Positions 10,230 through 18,502 of a stretch of 64,000 bases of DNA are shown here, in pieces (within the stretch, counting starts at the first letter, position 1; the number at the start of each line of letters is the position of its first letter). The stretch covers positions 69,351 to 133,350 of the forward strand of contig JAWBCC010000003.1 in NCBI GenBank assembly GCA_038823825.1. The letters are read 5' to 3'. The notes beneath the pieces are model-generated. The model ran no database searches and was not told the origin of the DNA. It saw only the letters and a program-made list of their open reading frames with translations. The position numbers were made by a program, and so were the translations under genes. The DNA comes from Candidatus Hadarchaeales archaeon (GTDB taxonomy: Archaea > Hadarchaeota > Hadarchaeia > Hadarchaeales > Hadarchaeaceae).

Positions 10230-11044
10230 ACCTCGGTTACCTTCTTCTTTTCAGCGATTCGTAAACTCTCCTCTAGGGCTTTCATGAGATCCACGGTTGT
10301 CGGTGCTTCGGCCGGTTTCTCAAGTTTTATAGCAGCTCCTTCAGCCTTTCCTCTGATCAATTCGAGCAACGCTTCCCGGTATGCATCTTTAAGTTCCTCT
10401 GGTCTAAATTCTCCTTTCATCTGCTCTATCAGCTTTTTAGCAAGATCTCTTTCCCTATCCGAGGTTTCCGGAATTCTCTGGATTTCTGTCAGTTCATCTG
10501 TAGGAACGATTTCGTCGAAATAGTGAAGAAGGGTTAGATGAAGACAGTTCTGTCCGGGCCTTATCACAACCGGATATTCTTTATTCCGAAGGGTGAGCTT
10601 CCCGAGAGCAGCGGACCCTGTCTCTGCGAGAGCATGGAAAAGCAATCCATAAGCTCTCTCTCCACCCTCCTCGGGAGCGACGTAGTAATGCTCAGAGAAG
10701 TAAGTCACGTCTATGTCTCTAATTTCAATGAAATTCGAAATTTCAATGATTTTTGTGCTTTTAACTTTAATACCTTCCAATTCTTCTTCTGTTACTTCGA
10801 TAAACTTATCTTTAGCAAGCTCGAATGCCTTTACGAGTTCTTCGTCTGCAAGTTCTTTCTGGCATTTTGTGCACCACTTCTTGTATTTTACCGGTGTTTT
10901 GCACTCCTTGTGAATTAGATGAAATGAGATAGACTTGTCTCTCGTTGCTTTGTAAAGCTTGACGGGTATGTTGACGAGACCGAAAGATATTGCTCCTCTC
11001 CAAATTGCTCTAGGCATATCCTTCCCCCAAAAGAAACCTTCCAA
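10226..11044 (-). CDS. ku: Ku DNA end-binding protein
   Basis: N-terminus MPRAIWRGAISFGLVNIPVKLYKATRDKSISFHL is the canonical prokaryotic Ku start. 272 aa with an acidic/basic C-terminal tail. Confidence 0.85.
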   Translation of the reverse strand: MEGFFWGKDMPRAIWRGAISFGLVNIPVKLYKATRDKSISFHLIHKECKTPVKYKKWCTKCQKELADEELVKAFELAKDKFIEVTEEELEGIKVKSTKIIEISNFIEIRDIDVTYFSEHYYVAPEEGGERAYGLLFHALAETGSAALGKLTLRNKEYPVVIRPGQNCLHLTLLHYFDEIVPTDELTEIQRIPETSDRERDLAKKLIEQMKGEFRPEELKDAYREALLELIRGKAEGAAIKLEKPAEAPTTVDLMKALEESLRIAEKKKVTEV

Positions 11045-11061
11045 CCATTAAATAAAAAACA

Positions 11062-11361
11062 ATGCAAAAGCCAATATTTTTGATGCCGGAAACGACCGTG
11101 CTGCTTGACGAAATGTACATGGGGCTTAAGCCCTTCCTACAAGTCCTCGGCTGGAATGTTTTAACAGTTGACGATGTTGGTCTCAGAGGAGCTTCAGATG
11201 TTGAAGTTGTGGAGTTTGCATCAAAGCAAGGATATATATTGGTTTCTCAGGAGCCCAGAGTTGGGGAACTTGCGAGGCTTAAGAATGTTCCGTGTGTTGT
11301 CGTGGGTCTAGCGGACATCGCAAAGGTGATAGACGCTAGGTTGCGCGAGATAAAAAAATAG
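11062..11361 (+). CDS. DUF5615-like small PIN-like protein (putative toxin-type domain)
   Basis: LLDEMYMGLKPFLQVLGWNVLTVDDVGLRGASDVEVVEFASKQGYILVSQEP matches the DUF5615 pattern (vDEnLp...GhdV..v.d.gl.GasDeeil.~A..egrvLvT). No DUF433 partner was seen. Confidence 0.45.
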   Translation: MQKPIFLMPETTVLLDEMYMGLKPFLQVLGWNVLTVDDVGLRGASDVEVVEFASKQGYILVSQEPRVGELARLKNVPCVVVGLADIAKVIDARLREIKK

Positions 11362-11393
11362 GATTTTATTGACGGGTTCCAGATAGAGATTGG

Positions 11394-11469
11394 AGCCCCG
11401 TGGGGTAGCGGTCAATCCTGCCGGACTCTGGATCCGGCGACGCCGGTTCGAATCCGGCCGGGGCTACCA
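11394..11469 (+). tRNA. tRNA-Gln (anticodon CTG)
   Basis: Acceptor AGCCCCG/CGGGGCT with the archaeal Gln-type A1:U72 pair. Anticodon stem CCGGA/TCCGG with loop CTCTGGA gives CTG. T arm GCCGG-TTCGAAT-CCGGC. CCA encoded. Confidence 0.8.
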
Positions 11470-11537
11470 TCTGTCTGAGTAAGGGTTATATATTGCGGTT
11501 CATCATAAAAATGATAAAACGAAAAGGTGATCATCTG

Positions 11538-12554
11538 ATGCACAAGATACTCCCGAAAGAGAATTTGAGAAATTTTTTTGAAAAGCTGAAAGAGCTTGGA
11601 GAGGTGCACGCTCCCGTTAGACGCGGAACTATCTTCGCTTTTTCCAAGATAGAGTCCGTTGAACAAATCGAGTTTTCTTACGTAAGAACGATGATACCAC
11701 CAAAAAAATATTTCATTCAGACTTGTGAGGAGATCCTTAGGTTTACGCCGGATAAGGGTTATTCTCCGGTTACTACGGAAACTAAAAAAGTGGTTTTGTT
11801 TGGTGTTCATGCTTGCGATATTAATGCGATTAAAATTCTAGACAATGTGTTTTTGGAAGAGCCGGTCGATCTCTTTTATGAGGAGAGGAGAAAAAACACA
11901 TTTATAGTTGGGATTTCATGCGAACCAGACGATTTTTGCTTCTGTAAATCTGTGGGTGCTGACTCTGTTCAGGATAATTATGATCTTTTTTTGTACGACC
12001 TCGGGGATAGATACCTCATCGATACGGGAAGCAGAGCAGGTGAGGAGTTTCTTTTAAGTCTTAACCTGCAGAATCCGACTTCTACGGATTTTGAAGTCTT
12101 AAGAAAAATGCTTTCTGAGCGTGATCTGAAGTTCAAAAAAACTCTTAATGCTCAGGGTCTTGCGCAGATAGTAGACTCGAACCCATCTAGCGAGGTGTGG
12201 GGGAGATATGCTGAAAAATGTCTTGCCTGTGGAGGATGTACTCTCGTTTGTCCAACTTGTCGCTGTTATTCGATCGATGAGTTTAGAGATCTCTCGCTTG
12301 AAAAAAGCACAAGGACGAGAAGGTGGGATTCATGCTTTCTGAGAAGCCATGCTCTGGTTGCCGGTGGCTTAAACTTCCGTCCAACAAGGCTCGACAGATT
12401 TAGGCACAGATACAACTGTAAGAGTTCGATCGAGTGGAAATCTGGTGGACTCTTTTGTGTTGGATGTGGAAGATGCAGCGCCTTTTGTCCGGCGGGAATT
12501 GACCATGTGGAAGTTTTAAACAACCTTGTGCATCTTTCGGTGATGACGATATGA
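11538..12554 (+). CDS. hydB: Sulfhydrogenase / group 3b [NiFe]-hydrogenase beta subunit (Fe-S)
   Basis: From the ATG at 11538 (RBS AAAGGTGA), MHKILPKENLRNFFEKLKELGEVHAPV...IEFSYVRTMIPPKKYF closely parallels the Pyrococcus HydB N-terminus. Cys clusters CLACGGCTLVCPTCRC and CVGCGRCSAFCP are present. Confidence 0.8.
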   Translation: MHKILPKENLRNFFEKLKELGEVHAPVRRGTIFAFSKIESVEQIEFSYVRTMIPPKKYFIQTCEEILRFTPDKGYSPVTTETKKVVLFGVHACDINAIKILDNVFLEEPVDLFYEERRKNTFIVGISCEPDDFCFCKSVGADSVQDNYDLFLYDLGDRYLIDTGSRAGEEFLLSLNLQNPTSTDFEVLRKMLSERDLKFKKTLNAQGLAQIVDSNPSSEVWGRYAEKCLACGGCTLVCPTCRCYSIDEFRDLSLEKSTRTRRWDSCFLRSHALVAGGLNFRPTRLDRFRHRYNCKSSIEWKSGGLFCVGCGRCSAFCPAGIDHVEVLNNLVHLSVMTI

Positions 12555-13429
12555 CGTCTCTCCCACCCCTTCAAGTGCCGAAATTGGCAAAAATAGTTGA
12601 AATCGTTGAGATGACGGCGATAGAAAAAATGTTTAAGCTTGAGTTTCTTGATGGTAGCACTCTGAGCTTTAAGCCTGGGCAGTTTGTAGAAATCAGCGTA
12701 ATGGGAGTTGGAGAGGCACCGATTTCCATATGTAAATCGCCCACAAGATCTGGACCTCTCGAGATAATAGTGAGAAAGGTGGGAAGAGTGACAAAAGCTT
12801 TACATGCTATGAAGCCGGGCGATAAGGTCGGGGTTAGAGGACCATTCGGAAACGGGTTCCCGATGGAGAAGATGAAAGGAATGGATGTTCTGCTTGCTGC
12901 GGGAGGCCTTGGAATGGCACCGCTGAATTCGGTTCTCCAATATGTTCTGGATAAGAAAGAGGAATACGGGAAAGTAATTCTCATGTATGGGATCAGAAGT
13001 TATCAGGACGCACTTTTTAGAGAAGAGGTTTTTAAAATGCTTGAGAGCCAGACAGAACCGGTTGTGTTGCTCGCTTATGAGCGTGATGATCCTTTGCTCG
13101 CGAAGATTGCGGAGAAATATCCGCACAATGTTAGGAAAGGGGTGATAACCGTTCTCTGCAAAGAGTGTCTTCTTCCACACTTGAGAGCTGATAGAACGTG
13201 TGCGGTGGTTTGTGGCCCGCCGATCATGTATAAATTTGTGCTTAAGGAGTTGGTTGGTCTCGGAATACCCCCCGAGAGAATTTACATGACGCTTGAGAGG
13301 AGAATGGAGTGTGGAATGGGTAAATGTGGTCATTGTATCGTGGGCGGTGCATCGACAATCAGATATATTTGTAAAGATGGTCCGGTTTTTACGGGTGTCG
13401 ATGCTCTTACGATAAGGGGCTTGATATGA
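12551..13429 (+). CDS. hydG: Sulfhydrogenase gamma subunit (FAD/NAD(P)-binding, 2Fe-2S)
   Basis: FKPGQFVEISVMGVGEAPISICKSP, GPFGNGF and the C-terminal LERRMECGMGKCGHCIVG...YICKDGPVFT are almost motif-for-motif the P. furiosus HydG pattern. Confidence 0.85.
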   Translation: MTSLPPLQVPKLAKIVEIVEMTAIEKMFKLEFLDGSTLSFKPGQFVEISVMGVGEAPISICKSPTRSGPLEIIVRKVGRVTKALHAMKPGDKVGVRGPFGNGFPMEKMKGMDVLLAAGGLGMAPLNSVLQYVLDKKEEYGKVILMYGIRSYQDALFREEVFKMLESQTEPVVLLAYERDDPLLAKIAEKYPHNVRKGVITVLCKECLLPHLRADRTCAVVCGPPIMYKFVLKELVGLGIPPERIYMTLERRMECGMGKCGHCIVGGASTIRYICKDGPVFTGVDALTIRGLI

Positions 13430-14196
13430 AGCCGAAGGTTGGGTTTTACGAATTAACGGGTTGTGCTGGCGAAATGCTTCACATTTTGAATATGGAGGAT
13501 ATTTTAATTGATGTTTTTAGCAAAATCGATTTGGTCGAGTTCAGGATAGCGAGCAGTGTGAAGAGACCAGAAAGAGTTGACATCGCTTTTGTTGAAGGTT
13601 CTGTGACAACTGAGGAAAACTTGGAAGCCCTGAAGTCGATAAGAGAGAAGTCTGATGTTCTCGTTGCGATCGGAGATTGTGCCGTATGGGGAGGGATTCA
13701 GGCCTCCACAACCGGCGAGGATTGGAAGACATTGATGAAAGAAGTTTATGGTGTTGAGGAGAACTACTTCAGATTTCTGGGGGAGCATAAATCACTATCC
13801 GAGTGTGTGAAGGTGGACTATGAACTTCCGGGATGTCCGATTGAGCAAGACGAATTTGTCAGACTCTTCATCGAGCTTTTGGAGGGGATTGAGCCTAAAA
13901 TCAAGGATTATCCTGTTTGTGTTGAGTGTAAGATCAAAGAGATACCATGTCTTATCGTGGAGAAGAGAGAGCCATGTTTGGGTCCAATCAGTGTTGGGGG
14001 CTGCAAAGCCCGATGTCCATACTACGGAACACCGTGCATAGGTTGCAGAGGCCCCGTGAGGGAGGAGGCGAATGTCGCTGGAGAGGTTTCGACACTTGTG
14101 GAAAAAGGCTGGAGAAAAGAAGATATCGTGAAGAGGATGGAGCTTTTCGCCAAGAGATATAAGGATATTGAGAAACTTGTGGAGGTCAAAAAATGA
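13426..14196 (+). CDS. hydD: [NiFe]-hydrogenase small subunit (delta)
   Basis: Position and size (256 aa) fit. Cys-rich Fe-S ligand motifs (GCAGE, CPIEQDE, CVECK, GGCKARCPYYGTPCIGCRG) match a hydrogenase small subunit. Confidence 0.85.
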   Translation: MKPKVGFYELTGCAGEMLHILNMEDILIDVFSKIDLVEFRIASSVKRPERVDIAFVEGSVTTEENLEALKSIREKSDVLVAIGDCAVWGGIQASTTGEDWKTLMKEVYGVEENYFRFLGEHKSLSECVKVDYELPGCPIEQDEFVRLFIELLEGIEPKIKDYPVCVECKIKEIPCLIVEKREPCLGPISVGGCKARCPYYGTPCIGCRGPVREEANVAGEVSTLVEKGWRKEDIVKRMELFAKRYKDIEKLVEVKK

Positions 14197-15482
14197 GGGA
14201 AATCCTGGTTGAACATCTGGCGAGAGTTGAGGGTCACGGCAATATAAGAGTTGTTGTTGATAAGGAGAACGTTCGGGAGGTGAAGATGGAGATTTTGGAA
14301 GGACCAAGGTTTATTGAGAAAATTCTTGTTGGAAGGAGCATAGACGAGGCGCCGGACATAGTTGCAAGAATATGCTCGATTTGCCCGGATCCACACTCGG
14401 TTGCATGTGTGAACGCGATAGAGAAGGCCATAGGCTTTAGGCCGAGTGAACAAACGAGAGTTTTGAGAGAGCTTCAGCTTATATCGGATGTTATATCGAG
14501 CCATGCTCTTCATCTTTTCCTCCTAGCTCTTCCAGACTTTCTTGGTTATCCAGATGCAATTTCTATGGTTTCCAAGTATGGGAAGGAGGTGGCCTTGGGT
14601 TTGAAGGTCAAAAAGGCGGGGAACGTGATCAAGGAGGTTCTGACGGGCAGATCGGTTCACGGATGTACGGTAAAGCCGGGTGGATATACGAGAGTTCCGA
14701 CCCAGGAGGAATTAGAAAAGCTTGAAAAGAGTCTGGCGGAAGCGATGGATGGTGCAAGGCTTGCGGTGGATTTGTTTGCTTCTTTCGATCTTCCAGAGGT
14801 CTTCAGAGAGGAAAATATGTTTATGGCGGTTGATCCCGGGGAGGTTTACGGTTTTTCGGGTGAGCACATTTTAATATCGAATGGAGAGAGGAGACCTGTT
14901 GAGAATTATAGACTTCTAACGAATGAGAGGGTTGTTCCTCACTCAACCGCCAAGCACTCATATTATCAGGGCGAGTCCTTCATGGTTGGAGCTCTCGCTC
15001 GAATCCTTCTCAACAGGGGAAAGCTAAAGGGTGAAGCGGTGGAGCTGGCGGATAGAATTTGGGAGAAGCTGGATCCGAAGAATCCTCTGGCGAATAACCT
15101 CGCGCAGGCGTTGGAACTCGTGTATTCGGTTGAGAGAGCTATTGAGCTCATCGAATGGCTCCTTGATCATGGCATAGGGGAACCTAGAGGGGAGATGAAG
15201 ATAAAGGCTGGGGTGGGTGTGGCGGCAGTCGAAGCCCCTCGTGGAATTTTGTATCACTTTTATGAGGTTGACGGGGAGGGAAAGATAGCTCGTGCGGACA
15301 TAGTCACTCCCACTGCTCAAAATGCCGCGAACATTGAGAAATATCTGAGGATATCTGCGCAGAGACTTTTGGAGAGAGGAGTGGATAATCTCGAGCCTCA
15401 CCTTGAGATGCTTGTTAGGGCTTATGATCCGTGCATTTCCTGCTCGGCGCATCTTGTTAGGGTTGTGAGGTTGAACGAGTGA
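14193..15482 (+). CDS. hydA: [NiFe]-hydrogenase large subunit (alpha)
   Basis: N-terminal RVEGHG plus RICSICPDPH (L1 motif). C-terminal DPCISCSAH (DPCxxCxxH Ni-binding motif). 429 aa. Confidence 0.9.
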   Translation: MREILVEHLARVEGHGNIRVVVDKENVREVKMEILEGPRFIEKILVGRSIDEAPDIVARICSICPDPHSVACVNAIEKAIGFRPSEQTRVLRELQLISDVISSHALHLFLLALPDFLGYPDAISMVSKYGKEVALGLKVKKAGNVIKEVLTGRSVHGCTVKPGGYTRVPTQEELEKLEKSLAEAMDGARLAVDLFASFDLPEVFREENMFMAVDPGEVYGFSGEHILISNGERRPVENYRLLTNERVVPHSTAKHSYYQGESFMVGALARILLNRGKLKGEAVELADRIWEKLDPKNPLANNLAQALELVYSVERAIELIEWLLDHGIGEPRGEMKIKAGVGVAAVEAPRGILYHFYEVDGEGKIARADIVTPTAQNAANIEKYLRISAQRLLERGVDNLEPHLEMLVRAYDPCISCSAHLVRVVRLNE

Positions 15483-15910
15483 AATTTGTACTCTGTTTGG
15501 GCAGTTTCTTCGCCTCTGACGATGTTTTTGGTCTTCTCGTCGCAAAGGAGTTAACGAAAAAGGGCTTGAAAAATGTTCAGATCTGTGGTTCGGATCTTTC
15601 TCCGCTTATCTCGAGGATAGAAGAGGTGGAGACTCTGATAATAGTGGATGCCGTCGATTGGGGGGCAAAACCCGGGGAGATTTTTGTGAAAAATTTGGAA
15701 GAAATTGAGGATTTTTCAGGTTTGGTTACTCACGGCCTTTCTCCAATTTTTATTGTCAGGATTCTTAGAGAATTGACAGGGAAGCCGAAGGAGGTCTATA
15801 TCGTTGGAGTTCAACCAGCCAAAGTTGAGCTTGGTGTGGAAAGCTCTGAAGATATTGAAAAATCGGTTGAAGATGTTGTTGAAATAGTTTTGGATCTTCT
15901 CAAGTCCTGA
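15479..15910 (+). CDS. Hydrogenase maturation endopeptidase (HycI/HoxW family)
   Basis: 143 aa, N-terminus MKFVLCLGSFFASDDVFG, overlaps hydA by 4 nt. Typical placement and size for the large-subunit C-terminal protease. Confidence 0.75.
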   Translation: MKFVLCLGSFFASDDVFGLLVAKELTKKGLKNVQICGSDLSPLISRIEEVETLIIVDAVDWGAKPGEIFVKNLEEIEDFSGLVTHGLSPIFIVRILRELTGKPKEVYIVGVQPAKVELGVESSEDIEKSVEDVVEIVLDLLKS

Positions 15911-16454
15911 CCTTTCCCTTCTTGATGATCCCTTTTGTATCCATTATCGTGATGAAGGCTTCGGGGTCGGTTTTTCTAACAAGTTTGAGGAAGTCGGAAA
16001 GATGTCTTCGGGCTATGACTGACTGATAGATTAGTCTGTTTCCGCGCAATCCGCGTCCTTTGATTATTGTCATTGGGTAACCTGCATTTCTAAGGGCCAG
16101 TCCGATTTCTCTGCTTTTGGTCACTGAAATGACCTGAACTGTGACATGACCTACAGCCATTTTTTCCTCAATGTTTACGCCGAGGTAAGTTCCGAGTGCG
16201 TATCCTAGGGAAAAAGATATGAAATAGCTGATGCCGGCGAGACTGAAAGGAGCATCGAGGAAGTTCTTCAAAACGACCCCAAAGGTGATGAACCAGATTG
16301 TGGTCTCTAAAAAGCTCAGAAAAGAAGCACGAAATCTCTGGCCTCTGAGAACCCATATGTCTCTGACCGTTCCGATTGTGTTTTGCAGAAGTCGGGCAAA
16401 GAACACGGAAATGCAGACAGTGGATATCTTCAGTATTTCACTCATCAAAATCAA
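15900..16454 (-). CDS. DUF2179 / UPF0316-like membrane protein
   Basis: Two to three N-terminal TM helices followed by a conserved C-terminal soluble domain (VQVISVTKSREIGLALRNAGYPMTIIKGRGLRG) typical of the YitT/DUF2179 family. Confidence 0.45.
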   Translation of the reverse strand: MILMSEILKISTVCISVFFARLLQNTIGTVRDIWVLRGQRFRASFLSFLETTIWFITFGVVLKNFLDAPFSLAGISYFISFSLGYALGTYLGVNIEEKMAVGHVTVQVISVTKSREIGLALRNAGYPMTIIKGRGLRGNRLIYQSVIARRHLSDFLKLVRKTDPEAFITIMDTKGIIKKGKVRT

Positions 16455-16524
16455 GAAACATGAAAAATATTTAAAAAGAGATGCTTTTTATTATCGAGAA
16501 AAGAAGAATTGCAGAGGTGAAAAT

Positions 16525-16743
16525 ATGACAACAGATCTGGATCCAAGGACGCTGAAAGTTTATGAGACGATGAAGAAGCTCGGGGCTACCTCGCCAAACT
16601 CTCTGAAGACCGCGGACGACATAATGCGCGCCTGTGGTCTTCCGAAGAGCGTGGTGAACAACGCTCTAATGACTCTTGTGAACAAGGGTTATGCGAAGAG
16701 GGTGGCGAGGGAGAAGGCTGCCGGTTACTATCTTTTGAAGTGA
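16525..16743 (+). CDS. Small winged-helix DNA-binding protein (72 aa)
   Basis: The ATG at 16525 is preceded by a GAGGTGA RBS. The 5' part of the listed long ORF overlaps the opposite-strand membrane protein and is rejected. PNSLKTADDIMRACGLPKSVVNNALMTLVNKGYAKRV is a wHTH pattern. Confidence 0.45.
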   Translation: MTTDLDPRTLKVYETMKKLGATSPNSLKTADDIMRACGLPKSVVNNALMTLVNKGYAKRVAREKAAGYYLLK

Positions 16744-16806
16744 CTATTTTCCGGCACCTGGCCCTCCACAGTTTCTTTTTTCTTTTCTTTTTCCAAGGTT
16801 TAGCTG

Positions 16807-17916
16807 ATGAAAAGAGTGGGTGTTGCGGAGCTTCCTCTTCATGGCGGGAAATGTCCTCCTTGGCTTTTCGGCAGGATGAAGAGACTTGGGGGCGCTATTG
16901 CGGAGCTCATCGTCAGAGAGTACGGGAGGAAGGAGTTTCTCCGCAGGCTGGGAGATCCGTTTTTCCTCCAGTCTCTTGGTTGTGTTTTGGGTTATGATTG
17001 GCATAGCTCTGGTTTGACGACTGTGACGATGGGTGCTCTTAAAGAGGCACTTGCTGAGAGGGATCTTGGGATAGTCGTCTGCGGCGGAAAGGGTCTGGTT
17101 TCAAGGAGGACGCCGGACGAGATAGAGAAGGTTGCGGAGAAGTTCTCTTTCTCGACCGCGGAGAAGGAGAGGCTGAAGTATGCGAGTAGGATGGTTGCGA
17201 AGGTGGACAATGCTTGTGTTCAGGATGGATATCAGCTTTACCATCATACTTTCGTTTTGAGTGAGGATGGGGACTGGGCGGTTGTTCAGCAGGGGATGAG
17301 GGAGAAGTTTGCTAGGCGGTATCATTGGATATCGGAGGGTTTGAAGAGCTTCGTGGAGGAGCCGCATTCGGGGATAGCTGGAGAGAGAAAGGAGGATGTT
17401 GTTTTGGATATGACGGCTGAGGAGAGCGAAGAGGCGAGGAAGACGAGCGTGGATTTGGTGAGGGAGAACCCGAGGAGACTTCTCTCTTATGTTAGGGGTG
17501 CGGAGCAGAAGCTTTTGGATGAGTATCTGGAGAAGAAGCCGGAGGTTAAGGTTCTTCTCATGCCTGCGGGGCACAGGATATCGGAGTTGACGGAAAAGAC
17601 GATTGCGGCGCTTAAGAGGGCTTACGAGATTCAGCCTGAGAATTATGAAGAGCTAGTGGCAATAAAGGGAATTGGTCCGAAGGCGATAAGGGCTCTTGCT
17701 CTTGTCTCAGCGGTTATCTATGGGAAGCCGCCATCTTGGAAGGATCCTGTGAGGTATAGCTTCGCGCATGGAGGGAAGGACGGGATTCCGTATCCTGTTG
17801 ATAGGAAAACATATCAGACGACGATCGAGATTCTCGAAGAGGCGATAGAGGGAATGGAAGCTGGGAAGGAGGAGAAAATCCGAGCTCTTCGGAGACTTCA
17901 CGAGTTTGTTGGGTAG
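16807..17916 (+). CDS. DUF763 family protein
   Basis: N-terminal MKRVGVAELPLHGGKCPPWLFGRMKRLGG is the signature start of DUF763 (PF05559) proteins. 369 aa. Confidence 0.55.
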   Translation: MKRVGVAELPLHGGKCPPWLFGRMKRLGGAIAELIVREYGRKEFLRRLGDPFFLQSLGCVLGYDWHSSGLTTVTMGALKEALAERDLGIVVCGGKGLVSRRTPDEIEKVAEKFSFSTAEKERLKYASRMVAKVDNACVQDGYQLYHHTFVLSEDGDWAVVQQGMREKFARRYHWISEGLKSFVEEPHSGIAGERKEDVVLDMTAEESEEARKTSVDLVRENPRRLLSYVRGAEQKLLDEYLEKKPEVKVLLMPAGHRISELTEKTIAALKRAYEIQPENYEELVAIKGIGPKAIRALALVSAVIYGKPPSWKDPVRYSFAHGGKDGIPYPVDRKTYQTTIEILEEAIEGMEAGKEEKIRALRRLHEFVG

Positions 17917-18337
17917 TGCACAGCTGTGCATAATTTCGCTTCATTCACAAATTTGACTAGGGTTGAGTTCACAGCTGTGCATTCCCTTATAAACCGCTTT
18001 CAACTGATGGATCGGTGGGAGTGCACAGCTGTGCACGGTCGAGTAATTCTTTTCACGTGGGAGCTTAAGGAGAGCTCAAAATCTCGGCGTTGGTTTTACG
18101 CAAATCTCAGGCGACTGCTGGATGAGCTTCCGCGAAACAGCTGGTGTAAACTTGGGGGTTCGGTCTATCTCGTGGAAAAACGATATTCTGTGAGATTTCT
18201 AATGCTTCTCAAAAAGTTTGAAGGACCGGAACTAACGTGGTATTCGTTCGAGATAGTGCGTCAGGTTTGAGTTCACAGCTGTGCACAACGCCCCCGCTGA
18301 TCACGGGAAATCCCACCACAGCAGTGCACAGCTGTGC
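17917..18337. repeat. Array of five ~21-bp direct repeats, each ending in a perfect 14-bp palindrome T(G/T)CACAGCTGTGCA. They fall in two phased groups.
   Basis: Copies at 17917-17930, 17968-17981, 18022-18035, 18272-18285 and 18324-18337. Each is preceded by GGTTGAG/GGTGGGAG/GGTTTGAG-like flanks. Spacings are 51, 54 and 52 bp within groups. A 250-bp gap between the groups holds the body of a small ORF. Confidence 0.75.
18007..18270 (+). CDS. Hypothetical small protein (87 aa from the internal ATG) embedded in the palindrome array
   Basis: ORF track 17926..18270. The first 27 codons of the GTG-start version run through repeats 1-2 and are likely non-coding. The core RVILFTWELKESSKSRRWFYANLRRLLDEL...GGSVYLVEKRYSVRF has a beta-alpha pattern that loosely recalls Cas2/VapD-like ferredoxin folds. 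This is a weak pattern match only. Confidence 0.3.
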   Translation: MDRWECTAVHGRVILFTWELKESSKSRRWFYANLRRLLDELPRNSWCKLGGSVYLVEKRYSVRFLMLLKKFEGPELTWYSFEIVRQV

Positions 18338-18388
18338 ATAGTTTCGTGTGCGTAAATTCTAAAAATCGGTGAATAGATGTAGAAATGG

Positions 18389-18479
18389 GCCCGCGGTAGC
18401 TCAGCTTGGTAGAGCGGCCGGCTGTAGACCCGTCGGCCGAAACCGGCATGTCGGGAGTTCAAATCTCCCCCGCGGGACC
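18389..18479 (+). tRNA. tRNA-Tyr (anticodon GTA) with a ~14-nt intron at the canonical 37/38 position
   Basis: Acceptor CCCGCGG/CCGCGGG. D arm GCTC...GAGC. Anticodon stem GCCGG with loop CTGTAGA gives GTA. The 3' half of the anticodon stem (CCGGC) appears only after an inserted CCCGTCGGCCGAAA. T arm GGGAG-TTCAAAT-CTCCC. CCA encoded. Confidence 0.8.
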
Positions 18480-18502
18480 ATGAGTCCATTTCAATCGCCT
18501 GC

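Noticed and set aside
11412-11810. 132-aa minus-strand ORF
   Set aside because: It overlaps the tRNA-Gln gene and the 5' end of hydB on the opposite strand, and has no motif support.
16231-16524. N-terminal 98 codons of the listed 170-aa ORF (16231..16743)
   Set aside because: This part overlaps the opposite-strand DUF2179 membrane-protein gene. A well-placed ATG with a GAGGTGA RBS at 16525 gives a compact 72-aa wHTH protein instead.
17917-18337. Could the repeat cluster be a CRISPR array, given the Cas4-like gene next door?
   Set aside because: The conserved unit is a 14-bp perfect palindrome with a short flank, not a 25-40-bp CRISPR repeat. There are only five copies, in two groups separated by a 250-bp gene body. 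No cas1/cas2 genes or leader are present, and the spacers are not uniformly sized. The layout fits iterons or operators better.
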